Origin: Methanomassiliicoccaceae archaeon UBA381
Lineage (GTDB): Archaea; Thermoplasmatota; Thermoplasmata; Methanomassiliicoccales; Methanomethylophilaceae
Length of the DNA: 64,000 bases
Direction: 5' to 3'
Assembly: GCA_002502965.1 (NCBI GenBank)
Contig: DAQS01000006.1
Span: 77,552 to 141,551 of the forward strand
Of the stretch, positions 17,393 through 27,224 are shown one piece after another. Under the pieces are notes generated by a model. That model did not search any database. It was not told the origin of the DNA and saw only the letters and a list, made by a program, of their open reading frames with translations. The position numbers and the translations under genes were made by a program. Within the stretch, counting starts at the first letter, position 1; each line of letters opens with the position of its first letter.

Positions 17393-19564
17393 TCAGATCG
17401 GCACGTACAGGACGGCCGTCACCAGGCATATGGTTGCCAACAGCTTCACGAGAACGTGTATCGAGGGCCCGGCGGTGTCCTTGAAAGGATCTCCCACCGT
17501 GTCTCCGACGACTGCTGCCGCATGTGCCGGGGACTTCTTGCCCCCGTGCTGGCCGCTCTCTATGAACTTCTTGGCATTGTCCCAGGCCCCTCCCCCGTTG
17601 TTGAGGAAGTTCGCCATCATTATGCCGACTATGGTCCCGACCATTATCAGGCCGCCGACCGCGCTGGGCGTGTGGTGAACCAGCTCAGCAGGCAGAGCGA
17701 ACCTGTATATCAGGCCGAAGGCCACGGGCACGACTATGGGCAGCATGGCGGGAGCCACCATTGCCTTGAGGGCGCCGCGTGTGGCTATGTCCACGCACTG
17801 TGCGTAGTCCGGGTCGGAGGTTCCCTCCATTATGCCGGGGTCCTCTCTGAACTGCCTGCGGACCTCCTCGATCATCTCCCCGGCAGCCGTACCGACGGCC
17901 CTTATGGCCAGGCTGGCGAAGAAGAACACAAGGACGCCTCCGATGAGGCCTCCCGCGAATATGAGGGGGTTGCCCAGATTGACGTTCATGACCTCCACTA
18001 TGGTCTTGCCCTGTATCTCTCCGATTATCTCGAAGTACGCTGCGAACAGCAGGAAAGCGGCGAGGGCCGCGGATCCCATGGCGTATCCCTTAGTAAGGGC
18101 CTTGGTGGTGTTGCCTGCGGAGTCCAGCTTGTCGGTCCTGTCGCGGATCTCGTCAGGCTGGTTGCTCATCTCGACTATGCCGCCGGCATTGTCGGTGATG
18201 GGCCCGAAGGTGTCCTCTGCAAGGATGAATGCGGAGGAACCGAGCATTGCAACGGTCCCTATTGCAGTACCGTACAGCCCGAATATCACTTCCTGTCCCG
18301 CTATGGGGGACGCGTAGTATCCCAGGAGGAACGTGCCGATTATGGCTATCACGATGCACACGACGGGCATGACAGTGGACTCGAGTCCGACTGATATGCC
18401 GGTGATTATGTTGGTAGCCGGTCCGGTCTCCGAGGATTCCGCTATGGACTTGACGGGCTTGTGGTCGCCAGTGTAGTACTGGGTCAGGAACACGATCGCC
18501 AGTCCGAGGGAGATCCCCAATATTCCGCAGAACACGTAGTAGAACCAGTTGTCGATCAGGGGCTCAAGCAGAACGTAGGTCGATATGATCAATCCCACGA
18601 TAACAAGCGCTATGGTTAGATAGTACCCTTTGTTGAGCTCTTTGCTCACATCTGCGTCATCATCGTTGATGCGGACGACGGATATCCCTATGAGGGAGAA
18701 TATCAGACCGAATGCTATGATCACAAGGGGAAGGAATATCCAGTTGTAGGATGCGAGCGGGCCGGAGCCGAACGCATTCATAACAGCCAGACCTATGACC
18801 ATGGATCCTATTATCTCTGCGGCGGTGGACTCGAATATGTCCGCACCGCGTCCCGCACAGTCCCCGACGTTGTCGCCGACGAGGTCAGCTATGACCGCAG
18901 GGTTCCTCGGGTCGTCCTCGGGTATCCCGGCCTCGACCTTTCCGACGAGGTCAGCACCCACATCGGCGGCCTTGGTGTAGATACCTCCGCCGAGCTGCGC
19001 GAAGAGGGCCGCAAAGGATGCGCCGAATGCGTAGCCCACAACAGAGTGGAGGGTCTGGGTCATGTCCCCTATCCAAAGGTAGTACAGGAAGAATACGACG
19101 AACAGACCGCCCAGGCTCAGGGCGGAAACGGCTATGCCCGATATGGCTCCGCCGCGGAATGAACATTTGAAAGCCTCGCCGAGGGAGATCCTCGCTGCGC
19201 TCGCGGTCCTTATGTTGGCCTTGACGGATATCCTCATTCCGATATAACCGGAAAGGATCGAGAATCCCGCTCCGATGAGGAATGCAATCGCCACCTTGTA
19301 TCCCAGGTAGTCCTCCGTGCTTTCGAAGAGACCGCCCAGTGCAAGAAGCACCGCGATGATCACGCTTATGATCCCTATCGTCTTGTACTGGCGCCTAAGA
19401 TATGCCATGGCGCCTGTCTCTATGGCGTCCGATATCTTCTGCATCTCGGGCGTGCCCTTATCCATAGACATTATCTTCTTATGGAAGTAGAGCGCGAAGA
19501 GCACCGCTATCAGCACCGCGACGGGGATCATGAATAGTAGATTTTCTGTTGTTATCTCTATCAT
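17393..19564 (-). CDS. hppA: Membrane-bound ion-translocating pyrophosphatase
   Basis: 723 aa and polytopic. Motifs GGGIYTKAADVGADLVGKVE and DNVGDCAGRGADIFES are diagnostic of M-PPases. Confidence 0.95.
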   Translation of the reverse strand: MIEITTENLLFMIPVAVLIAVLFALYFHKKIMSMDKGTPEMQKISDAIETGAMAYLRRQYKTIGIISVIIAVLLALGGLFESTEDYLGYKVAIAFLIGAGFSILSGYIGMRISVKANIRTASAARISLGEAFKCSFRGGAISGIAVSALSLGGLFVVFFLYYLWIGDMTQTLHSVVGYAFGASFAALFAQLGGGIYTKAADVGADLVGKVEAGIPEDDPRNPAVIADLVGDNVGDCAGRGADIFESTAAEIIGSMVIGLAVMNAFGSGPLASYNWIFLPLVIIAFGLIFSLIGISVVRINDDDADVSKELNKGYYLTIALVIVGLIISTYVLLEPLIDNWFYYVFCGILGISLGLAIVFLTQYYTGDHKPVKSIAESSETGPATNIITGISVGLESTVMPVVCIVIAIIGTFLLGYYASPIAGQEVIFGLYGTAIGTVAMLGSSAFILAEDTFGPITDNAGGIVEMSNQPDEIRDRTDKLDSAGNTTKALTKGYAMGSAALAAFLLFAAYFEIIGEIQGKTIVEVMNVNLGNPLIFAGGLIGGVLVFFFASLAIRAVGTAAGEMIEEVRRQFREDPGIMEGTSDPDYAQCVDIATRGALKAMVAPAMLPIVVPVAFGLIYRFALPAELVHHTPSAVGGLIMVGTIVGIMMANFLNNGGGAWDNAKKFIESGQHGGKKSPAHAAAVVGDTVGDPFKDTAGPSIHVLVKLLATICLVTAVLYVPI

Positions 19565-19638
19565 TTAGTTAACCCCTAAACGTTGATGTCTGTATTCTGT
19601 CCCCCTATAAAAGAGTTTAAGTCTTCTTTTTAAAAGAC

Positions 19639-20142
19639 TCAGACAAAGGGATCGGAACCGTCCTTACCCCGGGCGTATTCTTCCGAATATCCATTCTGAG
19701 TAAGCACTGGCACATTGTCCTTGGAAAGATATCCGCGCCCCAGGGTTATAAGGGGGTTGATGACCTCCTTACCGGACAGCCTGGCAACGCATGAAGAGCC
19801 GGAATCGCATGCCAGGGATATCAGCAGGTCCGCTTCATCCAAGGACTCTTTCTCCAGTCTGGCACATACCTTCTCCTCAAGACAGGAAGCCGATACGGAG
19901 CGGACTCCGATCACGTCTGTGCCATCCTTTCGGAGCGCCTCGGCAAGCCTCTCCGCAGCCTCGGTGCCGCCTATGCCGTTGCACAGTCTGGCGCAGGTGT
20001 TGCAGGTCCATACGGCGACCTTCCTCCCCTGCACTGCCCGGAGGAGACCAGAGTAGTCCCTGTCTCTGACGAATATAAGCATACCGGCGGTTACGCATTC
20101 CGCGTATTTTTGGCTTCGCCGTATGCGTAAGTACCGCAACAA
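19639..20142 (-). CDS. Cys-rich hypothetical protein (probable real start at the ATG at 20082)
   Basis: ORF of 167 aa. The internal start gives MLIFVRDRDYSGLL. It contains CNTCARLC plus four further Cys residues. No family recognised. Confidence 0.4.
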   Translation of the reverse strand: MLRYLRIRRSQKYAECVTAGMLIFVRDRDYSGLLRAVQGRKVAVWTCNTCARLCNGIGGTEAAERLAEALRKDGTDVIGVRSVSASCLEEKVCARLEKESLDEADLLISLACDSGSSCVARLSGKEVINPLITLGRGYLSKDNVPVLTQNGYSEEYARGKDGSDPFV

Positions 20143-20195
20143 TCCTTTTAAGAGGGTCGCCGGTATCGGAGGAACGACAGCAGGAGGCGTTCATA

Positions 20196-21128
20196 ATGGA
20201 GAATCTGTTGAAGGTCGAGGACATAAAGATCAGGAAAGGCATGACGGTCAACGAGATGATAGAGGCCATGGGCAGGTCGGGAGGATTCACGGCCCCCAAG
20301 CTGGCTGATGCGGTTGACATAGCCGAGAAGATGATCAGGAAAGAGGGATGCCTCAAGATGCTCTCCTTCCCCGCATGCATAATGGCAACCGGCACCCGCG
20401 GCGTTATAGTCGATATGGTGAAAAAGGGGATGGTGGACCTCATAATAACCACCTGCGGAACCTTGGACCACGATCTCTCGAGGACGTGGGAGTCCTACTA
20501 CAGAGGGGACTTCGACATGGATGACGAGAAGCTCAGGGACGAGTGCATAAGCAGGCTCGGGAATGTCCTGGTCCCTGACTCCTGCTACGGGGAAGTCCTC
20601 GAAGAGAATCTGGCACCTATGTTCGAGGAGATCTTCAAGGATACCCTCTCGCTTTCCACCCATGAGATAATAGATGCAGTGGGCGCGAGGCTAGATAATG
20701 AGGACAGCCTGCTCTACCAGTGCCACAAAAGGAACATACCGATATTCGTTCCGGGCATAACGGACGGCTCCTTCGGATGCCAGCTCTGGATGTACTACCA
20801 GACGCACAGGGGCCTCAGGATCGACCTCTTCAAGGATGAGCAGAAGCTCAGCGAGATGACCAATGATGCGAAGTATACCGGCGCCGTGATCGTGGGCGGA
20901 GGGATATCCAAGCACCACGTCATCTGGTGGAACCAATTCCGCGGAGGGCTAGATTACGCCATTTACATGACCACGGCTCAGGAATTCGACGGATCCCTTT
21001 CCGGTGCGAAGATAAAGGAAGCTGTCTCCTGGGGAAAGGTCAAGGCGGATGCCAGTAAGATGACAGTGGAAGGGGATGCTACGATAGCATTGCCTCTCTT
21101 GGTCGCGGCCCTTGAAGAGAGATTGTGA
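20196..21128 (+). CDS. dys: Deoxyhypusine synthase
   Basis: 310 aa. AGGAGG lies 9 nt upstream of the start. Segments ATGTRGVIVDMVKKGMVDLIITTCGTLDHD and GGGISKHH match the family. Confidence 0.93.
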   Translation: MENLLKVEDIKIRKGMTVNEMIEAMGRSGGFTAPKLADAVDIAEKMIRKEGCLKMLSFPACIMATGTRGVIVDMVKKGMVDLIITTCGTLDHDLSRTWESYYRGDFDMDDEKLRDECISRLGNVLVPDSCYGEVLEENLAPMFEEIFKDTLSLSTHEIIDAVGARLDNEDSLLYQCHKRNIPIFVPGITDGSFGCQLWMYYQTHRGLRIDLFKDEQKLSEMTNDAKYTGAVIVGGGISKHHVIWWNQFRGGLDYAIYMTTAQEFDGSLSGAKIKEAVSWGKVKADASKMTVEGDATIALPLLVAALEERL

Positions 21129-24100
21129 TCAAGGCCCTGACCTCATCCTGTACCTCACGTACCTGAGCAGGATGAGCAGGATTATCAGGCTTATACCGAG
21201 AGTGGTGCCCCACTCTCCCACATTCTCCGGGTCCGGAATCGGGATGCCTTCCACAGTGAACGGCCCGTATACGGGTCCGGAGACCGTGTAATCCCCGTCA
21301 GAGCCTATGCTGTTGCCCTGCCAGTCGTATATTACGTAATCTCCCTCGATCTTCGAACTCGGGGTCACGATGAGCTTCTGCCCCTGATATACGATATCCT
21401 TGGGGCCCAGGACCTTGCCTGTGGCCCTGTCCTTTATCACTACATGACCCAGATCATTAGGCAGAGTGTATGCGGTTACCTCGAAATGCGATGTCTCTGT
21501 CGTCCCCAGATAGTTCCCCATACCTGTCACAATGACGGTGGCCGTACCTGTGCCGGTGTTATTCTCATAGGATACAGAGTAATCAACGTCCCTGATCAGA
21601 GTCGCACCGAGATCGTCCTTGACTATGACCGGAGGCTCTGTCGGGGAACCTTCGTAGACTGATTCGAATGTTATGATCAAGCTCCCGACGTACGGTGTGA
21701 TGTTCCAGGAGATCGTCTTCGCTGCCGTGGAGGCGTCGGACCAGATGTAGCCGTCCGCCAGGGCGGCCGTTGCCGTGTAGTCTCCGGCGTCGGTTCCCGT
21801 GTTCCCGGTCAGGGTGTATCCCGTTGCGGCAACGAAACCGGTCTGCTGGAGGCCGTTGTAGACTAGACCCGACACTGCAACGGGGATGTCCACCTTTGTC
21901 TTCCAGACGGCAGTGATCGTCATATTCTCCGCAGGCATGGTCATCGGCAATTCGGTGTCCCACCCAACGAAATAATGCCCAACCCAGGTCGGATCGGCCG
22001 GCGGGGTTATCGCCGTTCCGTAGTCCTGGGTTATCGCCGTGACAGCGGAACCCCCGGCGGAATCGAAGGTTATGGTGTAAGTTACGATCGTCCAGGTGGC
22101 GGTGACGGACAGGTCCTCAGCGGGCATCGTCGCCGGCAGGGCCGGGGACCATCCGGAGAAGGCGTATCCCGTCTTGGTCGGGGCCGTCGGGGCGGTGACC
22201 GCCGCGCCGAAGGCCACCGTCATGGTGCCGACTGCGGAGCCTCCGTCGGAATCGAAGGTTATGGTGTAATCCACCGGGGTGGCGGTGAACTCCGCCGTGT
22301 ATGTGGTGTCAGCCGTCGCCTCGACGAGACCGGGTGTCCACCCGGCGAAGGCGTAGGTGTACTCGGGTGTGGCGGCCTTCGCAGGGGTCCCGGCGTATGC
22401 CGGCATGGTCCCGTGGTCGGCCTGGGTCGTTGTCGTGACGCCGTCGACGCTCCAGGTTATGGTGTAGGCCCGGAGGGTCTCGGTGAAGACCGCCGCATAG
22501 GTCTGGTGTCCCGTCACCGTGGAGATGACGGGGTCCCATCCGCTGAATGCGTAGGTGTATTGCGCATCGGCGGCCTTGGTCGGGGCTACTCCGGCGTATA
22601 CCGGGGTGGCGCCGTAGTCCAGGACCTGGGTGTCCGTGGTGACCCCTTCTACGGTCCAGGTTATGGTGTACTGGTTGACGACGGACGAGTACTGGGCCGT
22701 GTAGGTCTGGTCACCGGCGACCGCCGCTATGGCGGGGTCCCATCCGGTGAAGGTGTATGTGTACTGGGCCGTGGGGTCCTTGTCGGTGGATCCAGCGAAG
22801 GCGGGGGTGGCGCCGTAGTCGTAGAGCTGGGTGGTCTCCGTGCCGTCGACGTTCCAGGTTATGGTGTACTGGTTGACGGTCCACTGAGCAACAATCGTAA
22901 CATTCCCTGCGGGCATGGTCGCCGGTACCGCAGGGTACCACCCAGAAAAGGTGTATCCAGTCTTGGTGGGTGCCGCCGGAGCGGTCACGGCAGTACCGTA
23001 ATCTTGGGTCATCGACGATACTGGAGATCCGCCATCGGAGTCAAAGGTTATTGTATACTGATTGATCTGGAACTTAGCATACAGATTCAATACGTCCGTT
23101 CTTCCCTCAGTGGAATATATCTCGCTGCCCGGAACGTAGCCCGGGTCGGTGTACCACCCCATGAAGGTGTATCCTGTCCAAACCGGAGTGGCGAATGTTA
23201 TTACCGTTCCGCCGGGCACATACTCCCTGACAGGATCGGACAGGTTCCCTCCGGGCAGGAAGTACTGTATGGCCTTGGTGCTCATCTGCCAGTTCGCAGA
23301 ATACGTTCTGTCCCCCGTGGATCCTAACTGTATTATAAGCGGATCCCCGGACACCCCAGTTATGCCTGTCCCGGACCATCCCAGGAAGAAGGAGTTGGTG
23401 TGAGGTACAGTGGGAACTGGGACCACCCAGCTGCTGGTCTCGATCGTGTACGAATATACATGACCGTGCCCAAGGGCCTCGGTGCCGCAAAGATCGCAAC
23501 CCACGGTCACCGTGTACTCTATGGGCGACAGCACAGCCCCTATGACGATGTCCTCTGACGGGGTTACCCAGAAGGACATATAGGACCCTTCGGAGCAACC
23601 GGGCACAGGTATCGTGACATTGGTACCGCTGAAGGAATACTGGGCGGGGTCATTCTCCAAACGGTATGCTCCGCTGCCGGTGAGGACAATGCTGTCTATG
23701 CCGTAGCCTGTGTTGGGTATCACCACCAACAAGGCCTCGTTGCCCTTCACCACATATGAAGGAGCGCTGAACTGACCGGATTGATTATTGGATCCTGCCA
23801 GTTCGATGATCCATGTGTTGGTCGGGGCCCACACAGCGTAAAGGTTGTGATCTTCCCCCTTATTCACGACCGTGAGACTTACCACACGATCCGTTCCTTC
23901 CGTATCAAGTGACCATCCGGAGAAGGAATACCCGCTCTTGGCAGGCAAAATAGGCAGGCTGTGATAGTTGTCTCCGTATGTCACGCTTACGGTCCCGATC
24001 ACCGTTCCGTCCATGAGGGTGACAGTGTAGGAATTCGGGGATCCCCAGACCGCCTTGAGTGTCAGATCCCAATGGTGGACGGTCGGATCTACGAATGATA

Positions 24101-27020
24101 TCGCCGTGCCGTCGGGAAGTTCCCAATGGCCTGGACCGTAGCCGGTCCTGGTCGGAGAGGCCAGAGCGAAAGGTGCATCATTGATATCGAAAACATCTGG
24201 GTTGCTCCCTGGCACCGGAAGATCTCCGCCGTTCATATCATAGGTTATCCCATACTGAGAAAGAGACCATACAGGCCAATATTCAACGGAGCTCGTTACC
24301 GTTATCTGGGCGCCCGGGGTATAAACAGGCGTCGTCCCTCCCGATACATTTGTCCACCCGGATATGTTGTAACCGGGCTTCATGTATCCCAAGGTCTCCA
24401 TCTCAGCCTGTGACGGGAGGATCAGCGGGGACAGGTTGACCGTACCTATCCTATAACTGCCGCCCCAGTAGTTGATGGTGGTCTCATGCTCCCAATAGTC
24501 CAGGTTTATGGACACTTCGGTATCCGCATCCATACGGCCCGTTTCGTACAGAGTCTGGATGGGTATCAGGTTCGATCCGACCATTAGTTCGAAGACGCAA
24601 AGATCGGACGTGTCCTCTCCAAAGAACACTGAGAACATCCTGGAAGTTCCCTTCTCCACGTAGAAATTATTGGAAGGTTCCACTGCCTGAGGATTCTTGC
24701 TGTCCTTGTCATAGAGCACGAAATAGTTCCCTGGGTCCAAACTGAATAGAGGATCGGAATAATCGAATGTCAGCTTGATCGTTTCAGCGAAGGTTATCTC
24801 TATTGCGATATCCGACTTGACTGAGCCGATCGAGACCTCATAGACCCCGCTTCCCTTATCAGTCGGAATGTACACGGCACCGTTGACCGTGACGTACTTT
24901 AGTATGTATGGATTGCCGGAGGTCTTGGTATCTATCGATACTACAAGGTTGCTGTTATACGATATCGGCGATATCGTCGCAGTGTTAAGGGACCATGATA
25001 TCGCACCGGACGAGGATATCTGCTGGGATGCTCCTGTCCAGGAGAGGTTGTTCGGCATTGTGGCGCTCACCGTTGCCGTGAACGTCTGAGGCACGAATGC
25101 CACCGAATATCTCATCCCGTTCGTTATGGTGCTTATGATTACCTGACCGTTCACGATCTCATAGTCCGCCGTGGGAAGCGCTGACCATGTAACGCCGTCA
25201 GGAGATGTCTCCACATGGGATATGCGGTAGCCCAGCGATGGAGACGCATAGACTGCGAAGGATGTGCTGGATGTGGGAAAGGCTTGATTGCCGTAAGGAG
25301 TAACACTTCCTCCAGTCCCTGTCCCGTCCGGGTCTCTGGAAGCCATTATCGTCACCTGCTTCAGGGACTGCGAGCTGAGAGTGAGCGTCACAGTGTACTT
25401 TACTCCGTCCTGGAAGGTTGTATCCAATACCGCCGTTCCTGAATATATGTCGCCGTTCGATGCGATAAGGACGACCTGACAGGGATTCGCTATGCTGTCA
25501 AGAGGGACGGATATTGTCGGCAAGCCTCCATACTCTACGGGGCCGAAGAGCTCCCCGAAGAGAGAATAGCTTATTCCGTTGACTGATATCGATTGTGTTG
25601 CTATGGCAGTCGCAAGACCGGAGAACTCGACCACAGCCACATCATTCTGGTAGGTTTGACCGTCATGCAACACGACCGCGGCACCGGTACCGTAGGTTAT
25701 CGAACTGCCTTCCAGAGATGTCGCAGGGACTCTGAGATAGGAAGAATTCCCAGAGAACATACCGAAACTGGCATCCACAAAGCCGGACTCGATATGCAAT
25801 ACAGCGTTATAGCCTCCTATCCCCGCCCCCGGATCTATTAGATTTGATTCATTGCCCATACCTGGATGGTTATTTATGGCGGCGCCTCCGGTCGCGATTA
25901 TGTGTCCTCCGTTGATCGTTATCGTGCCGCAGGTCAGGATCGGTGTCGCACCGTTACTGCCTATACCTGAACCCGCATAAGCTCCGGTCTTATTAGCAGT
26001 GGATTCAGCATTACCTCCCTTGGCTGTCAGGCCCCCCGTACTGTACTCGGTTATCACAAGAGAAGCGCCAGCCTGCACACGTACAGCGGCAGTACTGGTG
26101 GCCGGAACATCCTTTGTCCATGAATATCCGTGAGATCCCTCCAGGGAGTTGGATCCCCACAGGGTAAGATGCAGCTCTGCGCCCGGAGATATGTTTATGG
26201 GAGATATCGTGGGGATGACAGGAACATTTCCTACGGCAGGGGCGACCATTGTAACGTTGTCAAGTATCACCGATGGGGACCCGCCGGTTATCTGGATGTT
26301 GTTGCTGTAGGCAGCATTTCCGGATATCTCGGAGACATAATGATACCCGTTATCGTTTATTGTCACGGCTCCGAGAGACAGGTCGTGGACCTTGGCATAT
26401 ACCGGGTAGAGAGTCAGGTCGTAGGCCTTATCGTAAACAATATCCAGAGTGTAGAAGTCCTCTCCCGAGCTTGTGACATAAACGTCGCCGGAAAGCGTTG
26501 GGGGAGAGGTGCTCCATCCGACATGAACATAACCGCTCTTTGTATAATTCAGAGGACCGGTGCTGAAGGTGGACCCGTAGTACACCAAGACCGAAAAGGT
26601 CCCCTCCGCATCATCCACAAGTGAAAGCGTATAGTTATTCGGCGACCAAATCGCATACAATGTCGTATCGGAAGTGACCTTCATCAAAGATCCCGGGCTG
26701 TAATTGATGCCCTTCCCGTCAGCCTGGGTGTTCCAGGTCGAGAACGTCCCTGCAGGATTATTGAAATCGTAATTATATCCGCCCTGGGGGAAGCTGTAAC
26801 CGGGAATATACAGACGCCCTGTATCAGTGGTCGGCCGGTAGTATCCGCTGGGGTCGTCAGTGTTCAGATATCCTCCGTTGGGATCGAAGGAGACCGTATA
26901 GGTGGCAGCTTCCGCTTCGTCAGAATATTCGGACAGCATAGCGAAGCTGATCACTGAAAGTATAGCGACCGTTATGACTATTGACCTCGCGGCGATACCT
27001 CTACTCATTTGTTTCTCCAA
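21129..27020 (-). CDS. Giant (1963 aa) cell-surface adhesin-like protein. It has a signal peptide, Listeria-Bacteroides (Flg_new-type) repeats, a beta-helix-like Gly-rich core and a C-terminal TM anchor.
   Basis: The N-terminus is MEKQMSRGIAARSIVITVAILSVISFAML. There are many units of the type YTITFDSDGGS...TKTGYTFSGW. A central segment reads GGNAESTANKTGAYAGSGIGS...GGAAINN. The C-terminus is WGTTLGISLIILLILLRYVRYRMRSGP. Confidence 0.9.
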   Translation of the reverse strand: MEKQMSRGIAARSIVITVAILSVISFAMLSEYSDEAEAATYTVSFDPNGGYLNTDDPSGYYRPTTDTGRLYIPGYSFPQGGYNYDFNNPAGTFSTWNTQADGKGINYSPGSLMKVTSDTTLYAIWSPNNYTLSLVDDAEGTFSVLVYYGSTFSTGPLNYTKSGYVHVGWSTSPPTLSGDVYVTSSGEDFYTLDIVYDKAYDLTLYPVYAKVHDLSLGAVTINDNGYHYVSEISGNAAYSNNIQITGGSPSVILDNVTMVAPAVGNVPVIPTISPINISPGAELHLTLWGSNSLEGSHGYSWTKDVPATSTAAVRVQAGASLVITEYSTGGLTAKGGNAESTANKTGAYAGSGIGSNGATPILTCGTITINGGHIIATGGAAINNHPGMGNESNLIDPGAGIGGYNAVLHIESGFVDASFGMFSGNSSYLRVPATSLEGSSITYGTGAAVVLHDGQTYQNDVAVVEFSGLATAIATQSISVNGISYSLFGELFGPVEYGGLPTISVPLDSIANPCQVVLIASNGDIYSGTAVLDTTFQDGVKYTVTLTLSSQSLKQVTIMASRDPDGTGTGGSVTPYGNQAFPTSSTSFAVYASPSLGYRISHVETSPDGVTWSALPTADYEIVNGQVIISTITNGMRYSVAFVPQTFTATVSATMPNNLSWTGASQQISSSGAISWSLNTATISPISYNSNLVVSIDTKTSGNPYILKYVTVNGAVYIPTDKGSGVYEVSIGSVKSDIAIEITFAETIKLTFDYSDPLFSLDPGNYFVLYDKDSKNPQAVEPSNNFYVEKGTSRMFSVFFGEDTSDLCVFELMVGSNLIPIQTLYETGRMDADTEVSINLDYWEHETTINYWGGSYRIGTVNLSPLILPSQAEMETLGYMKPGYNISGWTNVSGGTTPVYTPGAQITVTSSVEYWPVWSLSQYGITYDMNGGDLPVPGSNPDVFDINDAPFALASPTRTGYGPGHWELPDGTAISFVDPTVHHWDLTLKAVWGSPNSYTVTLMDGTVIGTVSVTYGDNYHSLPILPAKSGYSFSGWSLDTEGTDRVVSLTVVNKGEDHNLYAVWAPTNTWIIELAGSNNQSGQFSAPSYVVKGNEALLVVIPNTGYGIDSIVLTGSGAYRLENDPAQYSFSGTNVTIPVPGCSEGSYMSFWVTPSEDIVIGAVLSPIEYTVTVGCDLCGTEALGHGHVYSYTIETSSWVVPVPTVPHTNSFFLGWSGTGITGVSGDPLIIQLGSTGDRTYSANWQMSTKAIQYFLPGGNLSDPVREYVPGGTVITFATPVWTGYTFMGWYTDPGYVPGSEIYSTEGRTDVLNLYAKFQINQYTITFDSDGGSPVSSMTQDYGTAVTAPAAPTKTGYTFSGWYPAVPATMPAGNVTIVAQWTVNQYTITWNVDGTETTQLYDYGATPAFAGSTDKDPTAQYTYTFTGWDPAIAAVAGDQTYTAQYSSVVNQYTITWTVEGVTTDTQVLDYGATPVYAGVAPTKAADAQYTYAFSGWDPVISTVTGHQTYAAVFTETLRAYTITWSVDGVTTTTQADHGTMPAYAGTPAKAATPEYTYAFAGWTPGLVEATADTTYTAEFTATPVDYTITFDSDGGSAVGTMTVAFGAAVTAPTAPTKTGYAFSGWSPALPATMPAEDLSVTATWTIVTYTITFDSAGGSAVTAITQDYGTAITPPADPTWVGHYFVGWDTELPMTMPAENMTITAVWKTKVDIPVAVSGLVYNGLQQTGFVAATGYTLTGNTGTDAGDYTATAALADGYIWSDASTAAKTISWNITPYVGSLIITFESVYEGSPTEPPVIVKDDLGATLIRDVDYSVSYENNTGTGTATVIVTGMGNYLGTTETSHFEVTAYTLPNDLGHVVIKDRATGKVLGPKDIVYQGQKLIVTPSSKIEGDYVIYDWQGNSIGSDGDYTVSGPVYGPFTVEGIPIPDPENVGEWGTTLGISLIILLILLRYVRYRMRSGP
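21894..23057 (-). repeat. Six in-frame tandem 62-68 aa repeat units inside the adhesin gene, in subtype order A-B-B-B-A-A
   Basis: Unit boundaries were counted from the translation (aa 1322-1709). A units read YTITFDS(D/A)GGS...GW...TMPA. B units read YTITW.V(D/E)G...YGATP.YAG...YTY.F.GW. Confidence 0.8.
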
Positions 27021-27224
27021 CGGGTGCGTATTGTCTGAGTTTCAACAGCTTAACGTCGTTGACTATTGCGCAAAAAGCTCTATCTTCTCATTATATTTAA
27101 AGTAAACAGTGTTATGTAGAGGAAAGGTTGAAGCATTTTAAAAATGGGAAATATTGCACATAATTGTGCATATAATACACATCAATGCTCTTAGAACAGC
27201 ATCAACTGAGACCTTATCCTCTAC

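Noticed and set aside
17345-18394. Plus-strand ORF of 349 aa
   Set aside because: It is antisense to the pyrophosphatase gene hppA.
21975-23327. 450-aa Gly/Arg-rich plus-strand ORF
   Set aside because: It is the antisense shadow of the tandem repeat array in the adhesin gene. Its periodic GYGV..GG..RR pattern simply mirrors the sense repeats.
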